Positions 11,680 to 23,899 of a DNA stretch of 64,000 nt are shown here, piece by piece; positions within the stretch are counted from its first letter, which is position 1, and each line of letters begins with the position of its first letter. Position numbers and translations under genes: made by a program. Source of the DNA: Felis catus (taxonomy: Eukaryota); the NCBI RefSeq assembly GCF_018350175.1, contig NC_058383.1:8124001-8188000 (forward strand). Direction: 5' to 3'. A model generated the notes under the pieces. It saw only the letters and a list, made by a program, of their open reading frames with translations. It did no database searches and was not told where the DNA came from.

Positions 11680-12400
11680 AAATGTCTTATCACGCACGTG
11701 AAGCCCGTCAGGGTCGCCCCTGCTTACCTTTCCGGCTTTATCTCCCGGCACCCACCCGTCCTGCACGCCGAGACGTTTTCCTGGCAGCCACCTTTCTTCC
11801 ACCCGGAATGCTCTCCGTTCACCAAACACCGGAGTGCCAACAGGGCAGGCGACTGCCAGCCCCAGGGCCGTCACGCCTCCCGGACAGCTTTCTTCTATCC
11901 GGTCCCCGCGCCTCCAGCTCCTCGGAGGTATAGCGTTTACCACCCAGCCCTTCAGTCCTTGATGTGGACAGGGTCTGGGTCTCGTTCATTTCTCTGTCAA
12001 AGGCCAGGCACCCAAGCATCGTTCGTGGGGTGAATGAAAGAGTAACCACTGGCGCTGAGAACTACGGAGACATTTGCACTTCCGGGTGGCGGTTAAATTG
12101 GCTCCCGAGGAAGGGAGGAGCGGATGCCTTCTCCGGGGCTACTCTAGGAAGAGGGCTCAGTGGTCCCGGAGGACCCGCGGAGCCGCAGGGAGAACGTCTG
12201 CGCAGTCGCCGCCTCCTCGGGGAGGCGGGGCCGAGCCGAGCCCGGCGGGGGGGGGCGGGGCGGGACGCCGATGGCCAATTAACGGGCTCGGCTCCGAGAG
12301 AGAGGCGGAGCGTGGCGCGATTTGCAGGCGGGGCGGTGGGCGCCAAGGCCTGGGACTTTGGAAGCTCTTCCCCTAGCTCTGTGACCCCGGGGTGACCGAA
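11680..12400. promoter_or_regulatory. Orphan CpG island / candidate promoter upstream of FIS1
   Basis: High CpG; CACTTCCGG (ETS) ~12077, TGCGCA ~12199, GGGGCGGGGCGGG ~12251, GGCCAAT ~12273; minus-strand donor AAG|GTAAGC at 11728/11727. Confidence 0.65.
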
Positions 12401-12519
12401 GTGCTCCCTGTTAACTGTTGCCCCAAAGATTTTTCTCTGTAAACTAAAATTTACGTGTTGTCTCCTTTAGAGTCTGTCTCGGTTCAAAAGTGTGTGATGG
12501 ATACACACAACGTGCGCAC

Positions 12520-12750
12520 ACAAACCCGACGTGCACACGAATCGCCTGGAATCTTGTTAAAAATGCAGTCTGATTCAGTAGGGCTAGGATGGAGCCCAAG
12601 GTGTTGCATTTCTAAGAAGCTCCCACAGGAGGCTGATGCTGTAGATTTTCTAAGACGCTTTCAGGAGCAAAAGTGTGAAACTTTGTCAAAGTGCAGTCTC
12701 TGGACCATCAGCATGGGCATCACCTGGGAATTCTTTAGAAATGCAGATAA
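12520..12750. mobile_element. MER5-like DNA transposon fragments
   Basis: cttgttaaaaatgcag...ctgattcagtagggctaggatggagcccaag...gcatttctaagaagctccca resembles recalled MER5A/B. Confidence 0.55.
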
Positions 12751-12751
12751 T

Positions 12752-13205
12752 TGGGGCGTCTGGGGGGGGCTCAATGGCTTAAACCTCCTGCTTCAGCAGT
12801 GAGGTCGTGCTCTCACAGTTAGTGGTTTCAAGCTCTGCTTCCGGCTTTCTGCTCTCAGCACAGAGCCCGCTTTAGATCCTCTCTCCCTCTGCCCGCTTCC
12901 ATTTGTTTGCTTTCTCTCTCAAAAATAAACGCTAAAAAAATAAAAAAATAAAAAAATAAAATAAAATAAAATAAAAATGCAGAGAGGGGCGCCTGGGTGG
13001 CTGGGTTGGTTAGGCGACCGACTTCCGCTCAGGTCATGATCTCACAGTTTGTGAGTTCGAGCCCCGCTTCGGGCTCTGTGCTGACAGCTCAGAGCCTGGA
13101 GCCTATTTCAGATTCTGTGTCTCCCCCTCTCTCTACCCCCTCCCCTGCTCACGCTCTGTGTCTCTCTGTCTCTCAATAATAAATAAACTTAAAAAAATTT
13201 TTTTT
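12752..13205 (+). mobile_element. Two tandem Can-SINEs
   Basis: Heads at ~12752 and ~12987, each followed by a CT-rich tract and A tail. Confidence 0.85.
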
Positions 13206-13309
13206 AAATGCAGGCTATTGGATTTCACACGCACTGAATCACAAGTCTGCTGGGGGGCAGCAGTTGGTGTTTCTAGGAGCCCTATGGGTAAAAAAACTTT
13301 TTTTTCTTT

Positions 13310-13527
13310 AAAAAAATTTTTTTTCAACGTTTATTTATTTTTGGGACAGAGAGAGACACAGCATGAACGGGGGAGGGGCAGAGAGAGAGGGAGACACAGA
13401 ATCGGAAACAGGCTCCAGGCTCTGAGCCATCAGCCCAGAGCCCGACGCGGGGCTCGAACTCACGGACCGCGAGATCGTGACCTGGCTGAAGTGGGACGCT
13501 TAACCGACTGCGCCACCCAGGCGCCCC
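13310..13527 (-). mobile_element. Young felid Can-SINE (SINEC_Fc-like)
   Basis: Near-identical to the copy at 57103-57324; CpGs retained. Confidence 0.9.
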
Positions 13528-13529
13528 AA

Positions 13530-13718
13530 CTTTTTTTTCTTTTAGAGAGAGTGTGGGCAAGCCAGGGAGAGGGGCAGAGGGAGAGAGAATCTCAAGCAGG
13601 CTCCATGCTCAGTGCAAGTCCAAAGCAGCCCTCCATCCCACGACCCTGGGATCATGACCTGAGCCAAAATCAAGAGCTGGATGTTCAGCCGTTCAACCGA
13701 CTGAGCCACCCAGGTGCC
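13530..13718 (-). mobile_element. Older Can-SINE
   Basis: Ends ...gactgagccacccaggtgccc on +. Confidence 0.8.
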
Positions 13719-14789
13719 CATCCTATGGGTAATTTTGATGCACACTGGACTTCGAGAACCAGTGGGCAGTGGAAGAGGCCAACTGAGTCTCAACTGTCTA
13801 TAGACTTGTGACCGTAGTCAATTTGCTGTTATCTAGCTAAGCTTCAGTTTCTTCAGCTGAAAAATCAGGATAAAAATCCTAATGCCTTCCTAGGGAATCT
13901 ATAATGAGAAGGAAATGTGAGATGATGAAAATAAAGAACTTGGCACACAGAACAAGCAATTTATAAAGGTTAAGATATCATTACCATTCAAATGGATGAT
14001 AACCCACCTGGCCTGTGGTGGTAGGAAAGTCTTCAGGGAAGACATGTGAGTTGACATTTGAACCAGGGTCTTGAAGGATAGGAATGTCAGGTGGAGAAGG
14101 TGAGAAAAGGTATTCTAGGAACAGGGAGCACTCTAGGTAGCCTCGAGGAGAAGGCCAGGTGTGGGAGGGAAAGTGTTGTGGGAGGACTACCGGAGAGGCG
14201 GCTGCAGAATAAATCACAGAGAACTTGCGTGCCGTGCGGTGATAGTTACACTTCATTTTTTTTAGGCAGAGAAAATGGCTTTCCAAGAAGGACAGGATCT
14301 GCCGTATTTGTGAGAAATGGCAAGTCTTACAACTGCAGTGGGGGAGGCTGTCCTGAGGGGCAGGGAGACCGGCTGGAAAGAGAGAGTGTTAGGTCAGGCT
14401 AGAATCAATGAAGACAGGCTAAGGCCCTGGCAATGAAAGTAACAGGAAAATAGGAGGAGGAAAAGTTTCTCTGAGAAAATGAACAGAACTTGGTGACCAA
14501 ATGGATGTGGAAGACGAGGGAGTGCTTCTAGATTTCTAGCTTGGTGTAAGATTGAACCATTCTTTAAATATGTAGGAGGAAAAACAGGTAAATAGAGATT
14601 GTACAAATAGAAGCCAGAAGTCCGGGGGCTGGAGAACCTTCCCAAGGAGTCAGAAGAGAAGAGAGGCAAGGAGATAAGAAGTAGACATAGGAGCTGCCGA
14701 AAAAAAGTCCAGGAAAGTTGGTGTCTTGAGAGCCAAGAGAGATTTCAGTAGATGCCAGTGGACAATTATTTTAAAGGTCACAGAGACAC

Positions 14790-15010
14790 GGGCGCCTGGG
14801 TGGCTCAGTCGGTTAAGCGTCCGACATTGACTCAAGTCATGAGCTCGCAGTTCATGGGTTCGAGCCCCGTGTCGGGCCCTGTGCTGACAGCTCAGAGCCT
14901 GGAGCCCGCTTCGGATTCTGTATCTCCCTCTCTCTCTCCCTCCCTGCTTGCGCACTCTCTGTCTCTCTCTCTCTGTCTCAAAAAAATAAACATTAAAAAC
15001 ATTTTTTTTA
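14790..15010 (+). mobile_element. Can-SINE
   Basis: Typical head, CT tract, A tail. Confidence 0.9.
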
Positions 15011-15189
15011 AGTGCACAGACATTAAGTAGGATGAGGACCAAAACTAGGCCATTAGATTTGACAATAGTTGGTCATTTGTGGTGAACTGATGGGGAGTAA
15101 TTTCACTAGTGTGATAAGGACAGGAAAAGATTTTTTTGCAGAAGGAGGCATGGGCAGGGAGAGGCAGAGTAAGCATATGGAAAAATAAC

Positions 15190-15385
15190 CTTTTTTAAAT
15201 GTTTATTTCTGAGAAGGAGAGACAGAATGGGAGTGGGGGAGGAGCAGAGAGCGAGGGAGACACAGAATCCAAAGCAGGCTCAGGCTCTGAGCTGTCCGCA
15301 CAGACCTGACTGGAACTCACGAACTTCGAGACCATGACCTGAGCCGAAATCAGACACTCCACCGACTGAGCCACCCGGGCACCCC
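15190..15385 (-). mobile_element. Can-SINE
   Basis: Reverse-orientation SINE body. Confidence 0.85.
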
Positions 15386-15864
15386 AAGAGGCATTTTTTT
15401 CAGACAACAGATGTACCTTAAATTAAACTATTTAGGTATCATGTTCCTACTTGTCTGTTCTGGAAATAACATCACCTTTGCCATTTACCCCTTTGGTTTT
15501 AGGTTTTGGGAAAGAGAAGAAGAAGGAAAATTCAGAAGGAGGCAAGAGAATTTTCTGGGTCAGTGAATTTTCATTCATTTTGTTCAGCAATGAATTCAAG
15601 CTGCCGAAAAAGGATCGAGAGCATCTTTCACCCCAACCTCGTACGCCGTCCTTGTCCGACCCTGAGCGACTGGGCTCCAGACTCTAGGAATTCTTTCAGG
15701 ACCCCACTGACCTTCCAGAATGTGGCTTCACCAACGATGAGTGGAGTTGCTTGGACCGGGGCCAGGGGCCCTTTTCCCAGAATGTCATGGGTTTACTGGG
15801 TAAAGATTCTGCCATATAGGGAGGAAGGTTTTGCATTTTTGTTGTAATTCACATTCACTGCTGA

Positions 15865-16300
15865 GGCATCCGGTGGCTCGTCAGTTAAGCATCGGACACT
15901 TGTTTTTGGCCCAGGCCATGATCTCACAGTTCGTGAGTTCAAGCCCCGAGTTGGAGTCAAGCTCTGTGCTGCTGGTGCAGAGCCTGCTTGGGATTCTTTC
16001 TCTCTGCCTCTCTCTCTGCCCCTCCCCTGCTAGCTCTCTCTTTCTCTCTCTCAAAATAAATAAATAAACTTAAAAAAAAATGTTGGTAGATTTTTAAAAA
16101 TGTTTTATTTATTTTTAAGACAGAGACAGAACATGAGTGGGGGAGGGGCAGAGAGAGAGAGGGAGACACAGAATCGGAAGCAGGCTCCAGGCTCTGAGCT
16201 GTCAGCACAGAGCCCAACACGGGGCTCGAACTCATGAACTGTGAGATCATGACCTGAGCCGAAGTGGGACGCTTAACCGACTGAGCCACCCAGGCGCCCC
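15865..16300. mobile_element. Tail-to-tail inverted pair of Can-SINEs
   Basis: + copy ~15865-16080 and - copy ~16090-16300. Confidence 0.85.
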
Positions 16301-16404
16301 AAAAGTTGGTAGATTAAGATAGATTAAATCATTGACCATTTAATTCTGTAAATTGATCAGAAGTCACAAACACCAACTCTCTTTAGAGTCTATTGGTAAT
16401 AAGA

Positions 16405-16770
16405 TTGTGTTGAAACAACTTTCTAGGCCCAAGATGGAGCCCTTCCTGCCCAAGGTGCTGCATCAGCAAACCGAAATTTACATAGCTTTGATGTCCCCAT
16501 GAATGTTCTGCTTGCCCAAAACAGTCTAGGCCATCAGCCAATCCCCTAACGCCAGGCCAACTCTGGGCCTTCTCAACCCAAACCAGGCTGACTACATGGG
16601 CCCAGCCAATCGGATATTTTCTATCTTTCTCTTCCTTGTTCTTTAGTCTTTATCTTATCAAAGCTTCCTGCCTGCTGCTCCATTTTGCAGCTTTCTGAAA
16701 GGGGAGTGTCCACTTCTTCAAGTGTTAAATAAAGTTTGTCTTCTTTAATTACTTTTTAATAATTGTTCAT
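16405..16770 (+). mobile_element. Probable ERV solo LTR
   Basis: TG...CA-bounded; contains CCAAT boxes and AATAAA (aaataaagtttgtc) near the 3' end. Confidence 0.4.
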
Positions 16771-16774
16771 CCAG

Positions 16775-16985
16775 GGGCACCTGGGTGGCTCAGTGGGTTA
16801 AACGTCCGACTTTAGCTCAGGTCATGATCTCACAGTCCGTGAGTTCGAGCCCCGCGTCGGGCTCTGTGCTGACAGCCCAGAGCCTGGAGCCTGCTTGGGA
16901 TTCTGGGTCTCCCTCTCTCTCTGCCTCTCCCTGACTCACGCTCTGTCTCTCTCTTTCTCAAAAATAAATAAACATTTTTAAAAAA
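16775..16985 (+). mobile_element. Can-SINE
   Basis: Typical SINE body. Confidence 0.9.
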
Positions 16986-16994
16986 CCCATCAAA

Positions 16995-19497
16995 CATGGA
17001 TGGAAGAAATTGAAGAGACACAAACAAATGGAAAGATATTCCACGGTCATGGATTGGAAGAACCAACATTGTTAAAATGTCCGTATTATCCAAAGCAATC
17101 TACAGATGTAATGCAATCCCTATCAAAATACAAACAGCATTGGGACCCCTGGGTGGCGCAGTCGGTTAAACGTCCGACTTCGGCTCAGGTCATGATCTCA
17201 CGGTTCGTGAGTTGGAGCCCAGTGTCGGACTCTGTGCTGACAGCTCAGAGCCTGGAGCCTGCTTCAGAGTCTGTGTCTCCCTGTCTCTCTCTCCCTCTCT
17301 CTCTCCCCGACTCACGCTCTGTGTGTGTCTCTCTCTCTCAAAAATAAACATTAAAAATTTTTTTTTAAATACAAACAGCATTTTCCCACAGAACTAGAAC
17401 CAATAATACTGGCATTTGGATGGAACCACGAAAGACCCCGAATAGTCAAGACAATCTTGAGACAGAACAAAGCTGGAGGTATCACAATCCCAGATTTCAA
17501 GACATACTACAAAGCTGCAGTAACCAAAACAGTATGGTACTGGCACATAAATAGACACATAGATCAATGGAACAGAATAAAGAGCCCGGAAATAAAACCC
17601 ACACTTATTTGGCCAATTAATTTTTGATACAGGAAGCAAGAAAATCCAGTGGGAAAAAGCCTCTTCAACAAATAGTGTTGGGAAAACTGGACAGCTACAT
17701 CCAAAAGATGAAACTAGGCCACTTTCTTACACTATACAAAAAACAAATTCAAAATGGATTAAAGACCTAAGTGTGAGACCTGAAACCATAAAATTCCCAG
17801 AAGAAAACATACGCAGTAATTTCCTTGACATCAGCGTAGAAACATTTTTCTAGAAATGTCTCCTCAGGCAAGGGAAACAAAAGCAAAAGTAAACTATTGA
17901 GGCCACGCCAAAACAAAGATCTGTTACACAGCCAAGGAAATCATCAACAGAAGGGCAAGGTAACCCGCTGAGTGGGAAAAGATATTTGCAAATGATGTGT
18001 CCAATAAGGGGTTAATATCCCAAATGTGCAAAGAACTCATACAACTCAACATCAATAAAGTAATCCGATGAAAATGGGCAGAGGACCTGAATAGACATTT
18101 CTCTAAAGACGACGTGCAGATGGTCAATAGACACACGAAAAGATGCTCAACATGACTAATTGTCAGGGAAAAGCAAATCAAAACCATGAAATCACGCTTT
18201 ACGCCTGTCAGAATGGCTGGAATAGGAAAATACAAGAATCGCAAGTGTTGGTGACGATGTGGGAAAAAGGAACCTTCGTGCACTGTTGGCGGCAATGTAA
18301 ATTGGCGCAGCCACTGTGGAAAACAGTACGGGGGGTCCTAAAAAAATGAAACATAGAAACACCATACGATCCAGTAACTCCACTACTGAGTATTTACCCA
18401 AAGACAATGAAAACGCTAGTTCGCAAAGACAGCTGTATCCCTATATTTATTGCAGCGGTATTTATAATAGCCAAGATATGGAAGCAGCCCAAGTGTCCAT
18501 CGATAGATGAATGGATAGAGAAGAAGTGGTATTTGGGGCGCCTGGGTGGCTCAGTCGGTTAAGCGTCCGACTTCGGCTCAGGCCATGGTCTCACGGTCCG
18601 TGAGTTCGAGCCCCGCGTCGGGCTCTGTGCTGACAGCTCGGAGCCTGGAGCCTGCTTCGGATTCTGTGTCTCCCTCTCTCTGACCCTTCCCCGTTCATGC
18701 TCTGTCTCTCTCTGTCTCAAAAATAAATAAACATTAAAAAAAAATCTTTAAAGAAGAAGTGGTATTTATATACGATGGAAAATTAATAAAAAAAAAAAAA
18801 GAACGAGATCTTGCCATTTGCAACAACATGGATGGACCTAGAGGGTATTATGCTAAGTGAAATAAGTCAGACAGAAAAAGACAAATACTGTATGATTTCA
18901 CGCCTATGTGGAATTTAAGAAACAAAACAAACCAAAAAAGAGGCAAACAAATAAGCAAACAAAAAGACTCTTAAATACTAAGAACAATCTGGCAGCTGCC
19001 AGAGGGAAGGTGGGCGGGAGGATGGGATGAAATAAAGGAGATTAAGAAGCACAAGTCTCTAGTTACAAAATAAATAAGTCACGAGATGAAAAGTACAGCC
19101 TAGGGAATGTGGCCAATAAGATGATAATAATGTTGGGGGCGCCTGGGCGGCTCAGTCGGTTGGGCGTCCGACTTCAGCTCAGGTCGTGATCTTGCGGTTC
19201 GTGGGTTCGAGCCCCGTGTCGGGCTGTGTGCTGACAGCTCAGAGCCTGGAGCCCGTTTCGGATTCTGTGTTTCCCTCTCTCTCTCTGTCCCTCCCCTGCT
19301 CACACTCTGTCTCTCTCTCAAAAATAAATAAACATTAAAAAAATAAAAAATTAAGATGGTAATAACATTGTGTGGTGACAGATGGTGACCACTCTTACCG
19401 TGATCACTGAATAATGTATAGAATTGTTGAATCCCTATATTGTAAACCTGCAACTAATGTAACCTTGTATGTTAATTATACTTCAATTACAAAAATT
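16995..19497 (+). mobile_element. 5'-truncated LINE-1 (ORF2 C-terminus + 3'UTR) interrupted by Can-SINEs at ~17142-17370, ~18535-18750, ~19135-19350
   Basis: L1 ORF2 hallmarks (aaatggaaagatattcca..ggattggaaga; aaaacagtatggtactggca; aaatggattaaagacctaa; atggaagcagcccaagtgtcca) and 3'UTR ending tatacttcaatt. Confidence 0.9.
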
Positions 19498-19809
19498 CAT
19501 TGAGCTGTAAAGTTATGGTTTGTGCACATTTCAGGGTGTACGATTTACTTCGATATAATGTTAAAAAAAGAAAAAAAAAAGCTGATTGACTTCCCAGCCA
19601 ACAACAGCTCTGGAATTGGGGGACGTCCCCAGGGGACAGGCAGCCCCCCAGGCCAGGCTCACATTACAGAGTCTTTGTCCTTTCCTGGATTTGGGTTGGT
19701 AATTCTTCACTCTTTTGTTAGCTCTCTGATGCCTTCAAGTGGATGTTTTTTATATTCTAACTGGCTTTTGGTCTCCTCAGCAGGAGAGATGGGCTAAATC
19801 ACCTAGCCT

Positions 19810-20070
19810 ACTATTGCCAGAAGTTACCAGAAGGTAAAAACTACCCCCGTAGTTCTCCCGTCTGGAGAGTGGGGGGTGGGACTGAGAATTCTAAGCTTCT
19901 ACTCATGGCTTGGTCTTTCTGGTGACCAGCCCCCAACCAGGAGCCCACCAGGCATTGTCTCATTGGAACAAAAGATACTCCCAACACCCAGAATGTTCCC
20001 AGGGATTTAGGAGCTCTGCCTCAGGAACCAGGGCCAATAATACCTAACATTAGAACAAAAGATGTTCCTA
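19810..20070 (-). mobile_element. MER21-like LTR fragment
   Basis: ggcttggtctttctggtgaccagccccc...gggatttaggagctctg resembles recalled MER21. Confidence 0.5.
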
Positions 20071-20073
20071 GGG

Positions 20074-20305
20074 CTTTTTTTTTTTTTTAATGTTTATTTA
20101 TTTTTGAGAGAGAGACACACATACACACAGAGTGTGAGCAGGAGAGGGGCAGAGAGAGAGGGAGACACAGAATCCGAAGCAGGCTCCAGGCTCTGAGCTG
20201 TCAGCACAGAGCCCGATGCGGGTCTCGACCTCACAAATCGTGAGATCATGACCTGAGCTGAAGTCGCATCAGACACTCAACCAACTGAGCCATCCAGGTG
20301 CCCCG
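20074..20305 (-). mobile_element. Can-SINE
   Basis: Reverse-orientation SINE body. Confidence 0.88.
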
Positions 20306-21687
20306 AAAGTACAAGGCATCTTTAAAAACACAAGTATTATTGTTTAAAAACGAAAAATTTTTCAAAATCCCATAAATTGCTTGACAGAAAATAGCCATGC
20401 TTCTACCGGTTAAAATAGGTTTTTAACTGAGCTCTATTTTCCTAAGAGTAGAGCAAAGTTAGTCACTGAACACACCATCCACTTCACTTCCTGCCAGTCT
20501 AGCAGACGTCGGGGTCCTAGACCTGGGGGTGGGGGTGGTAGGGTGACAGTGTCTATGGATGGGCTTGAAAAAGTTCTTGACCCCCATAACACTGTGAAAT
20601 ATACACACATACACATTTACGTTTGGGGGAGGAAGGGGTTCACGGCTTTCATTAGATCCTTGAAATTGTAAATACAGGAAAGCAAGGACCTTTCTAAGTC
20701 ATGGGGTGGGACGCCATGAGACATGGAGGGAACATGAGGGCCAATCAGAAGAACCCGTTTGAATGAGATAGGGGTTCCGGTAGCAGAACTGTGGCGGCCG
20801 GTTAATATCACTACAGCCACGTTCACGGCTGAGCCCTCCAGACTGCTCACCACCCCCCACCCCCCCGCCCCGCGGCTCCATATTTGCGCTGCTATGGAAT
20901 ATCTGAGATGGATAACAAGGGGCTAATTATGCGTCAGGTCTAGGTTTAATGGAATAAACTGTTGTTTTAAGCATAGATTAGGGGGCAGCAGTGTGATGAA
21001 AGTTGCATGTTTGTTTCATGTCGAACTTTTAGAATTTTATAGCAGGAAGGATGAGAGGGTGTCTAAGTCACTCCCTCATGTTTCATGTGGAAAAAAAAAA
21101 AAACAGGATTAAGGAGGTGAAGTGATTTTCTCAAAATCCCTGTGTCTCCTGGCTCTCAGTCTGCAGTTTTTCAACGCACTAACTACTCTCTCTTCTGATA
21201 TACATGGTGGGGGGGGGGGGGGGGGGGGAGAGGGCAACTTTTTAAAGAAAGGAATTCTGGGGCAAAATCATCTGTTTCTGGTAAAAAGGCAGGTAGCTCA
21301 GTCATTCAAGAGGAAGAACATTTGCGTGACTTGGGTTCCTTAAAATGTTCCAGTCTAAAAAACATCCCCTCCCACCACTTGGACGCGTTCAGATGCGAGG
21401 AAGGATGTTCCAGAAGGCCAGCTGTGACCCAGCGCTGAATAGAGGCTGCTTCCTCTGAAACACGAGGTCGTATCAAGCTGGGCAAATCTAAGAGCCAGAG
21501 CAGGCACCGAACCTTCCTGAATGTCAAAATCGTTCAGCTATTTTTAAAACGTTCGGACTTTTATTGGTTTAACAGCCGAGAGGGGATGAAAGTGGTAGAA
21601 AAAGGCTGAAGAAATTTGTAACTTAGATAAATGTTTTATGTACCCAGAGGGTTTTTGTTCAGTGCTATAGTGTCTGAAACTTACATG

Positions 21688-22030
21688 TGTCATGGGGCTG
21701 AATGCTGCCCCTGTCCCACTTTGTGTGTTGAAATCCTAATCTCCAGTTTGTCATAATGGCTGTGTTCGGAGATAGGGTCTTTAAAGAGATAACTGAGTTA
21801 AAATGAGGTCATTAAGGTAGCCCATAATCCAGTATGACCGGTGCCCTTATAAGAAGAAATTGGGACACAGATTCACAGAGGAAAGCGCCGGTGAGGACAC
21901 AGGGAGAAGATGTCCAGGAGCCAATCGTGTTGACTTGACCTTGGACTTCCAGCCTCCAGAACTGTGAAAAAATAAATTTCTGGTTTTTAAGCTACCCAGC
22001 CTGTGGTATTTTGTTACGCCAGACAACATG
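21688..22030 (+). mobile_element. MaLR (MLT1-type) LTR
   Basis: ggagatagggtctttaaagag...taaaatgaggtcatta...ccttggacttccagcctccagaactgtg...tgtggtattttgtta. Confidence 0.75.
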
Positions 22031-22949
22031 CAAACCTCATTTTGCACGAGAAGGCGAACTTCTTTATATAATTCTACGGAAACCTTCTTTGCAAGGTATT
22101 GGTGAGGCACAAGACACTTCTCCCTTGGTTCGGTTCCTCCATTCCAGAGTTTTCTGGATCTGATTCCGACGCCAGCCATGTGTGTTCCTGGCCTCTCTGC
22201 TTCTGCCATTCACTCTGAGTGTGGAATGCCGACAGTTTTTCAGATACTGGCGCTCAACTCCAAGAGGCACTAAGGCAAAGGTCTCTGTCTGTCTCCTGTG
22301 ATCGCTGAGGCTCCGAGCTCAGGCTGCTGGCCCCTTACCATCCCCAAACCCTACTCAGGTTCTGCTGCGGGGATTTGTGGGGCCTCCCTCTCTTGGTGAG
22401 GCTGGAGGGGCCGGAGAGAGGGGCACAGACCTGGGCTTCAGAAGCGTGTGCGATGGTAGTTCTCGGGCTCAGGGAGGAGCAGGACTGGAGACCTGTGAGC
22501 CCCTGACACACTTTCCTCCCTGCTCCGCCCAGCCGGGGGTCACCTCACTTCCCCTCAGCTTTCGACATCCAGAGAAGCCTCCCCAGCTGGCCGTACCAGC
22601 CCTGCCAACCCCCGTGGGGAGACTGTCTCCCATAGTGCAGTTTCCGCACCACGTTAGGTGCGGAAAGTAGAGCAGTAAAGAAAAGCCCAGACCCATCTCG
22701 GCGAAAACCCGCCGGGTGAGAGAAAATGGTTCAGAAAAGCAATCATGACAATATGATGGGCAGAGTGTTCCCATTCAGTGAGGCCCGTGACGGGGGCACA
22801 GAGGGGAGGGGCCTTGAACACGAGACTGAAGTTAAGGAAAAGTTTTGAAGGGGTGATCGCAGAGCTGAGCTTTGAAAGCTGAACATAGCTGGCCAGGCGT
22901 GGAGAAGGAGCAAAGCACAGGTTACTGCAAAGGCTAAGAATGGGGCGTT

Positions 22950-23069
22950 GGGGGAGCCTGGATGGCTCAGTCGGTTAAGCGTCCTAGTCTTTTTTTTTTT
23001 TTTAAGTTTATTTACTTATTTTTGAGAGAGAGAGAGAGAGCGAGAGAGCACAAGTACAAGCAGGGGAGG

Positions 23070-23111
<42 letters not shown>

Positions 23112-23290
23112 GAGAAACACAGAATCCAAGGCAGCCTCCAGGCTCTGAACGATTTCGGCCCAGGTCATGATCTCACAGTTCGTGAGTTCGAGCCCCGCAT
23201 CAGGCTCTGCACTGATAGTGAAGAGCCTGCTTGGGATCCTCTCCCCCCCCCCCCCCAAATAAATAAATAAAACTTAAAAAAAAAAAATAA
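22950..23290 (+). mobile_element. Can-SINE with an inverted truncated SINE nested inside
   Basis: + head 22950-22988, then a reverse SINE 3' portion ~22990-23148, then the + body resumes (ttcggcccaggtcatgatctc). Confidence 0.75.
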
Positions 23291-23899
23291 AGAACGGGAC
23301 CTGGGAGCCGTGCTCCCGGATCCAGATACCGTACTTAAGAACTAAATGACCTCGAGCAAGTTTCTCGACATCTCTTAGCCTCAGTTTTATCATCTATAAA
23401 ATGGGAAATAATAACCACCTCATATTATTTTGAGGATCAAATGAAATAATGCATATTGCCTGGGAAAAAACATAGGTGCTCAAGAAATCATAAAGGGTTT
23501 CTAAAGAAATGAAACCGAGGACTCGTTCCATAAATAGGGGAATGGCAGGGATGAGGCTAAAGAGGCAGCAGGGTCCGGATGATGCGGGGCTTGTGTGGTA
23601 AGTTAAAGAAGCTAGGACTTCATCCCAGTGGGGAGCCACTAAAAGCTGTGGGCAGGAGAAGAGCACGATCAGATGGACATCTTAGCAACATCACTCTGGC
23701 CGCACCAGGGAGGATGGCGGCAGGGAACGAAGAGACTTGCATCGGTCCTGGGAAGGGTTGACTTAGGGACAGTTGGGGGCAGACGGGCTTCAGAGTCGGG
23801 AGCCTGCCCTGTGCGGACGTGAGCATCTGAGAGGCATCAGCGTCAAGAGGGGCAAGAAAGCAGTGGCCCCTTTGGACTGCAGGGGGAGAAGGAGGCGAG

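Noticed and set aside
13158..13811. 217-aa ORF and many similar ORFs containing [15 protein letters not shown] or RERGRHRI peptides
   Set aside because: Translations of Can-SINE sequence.
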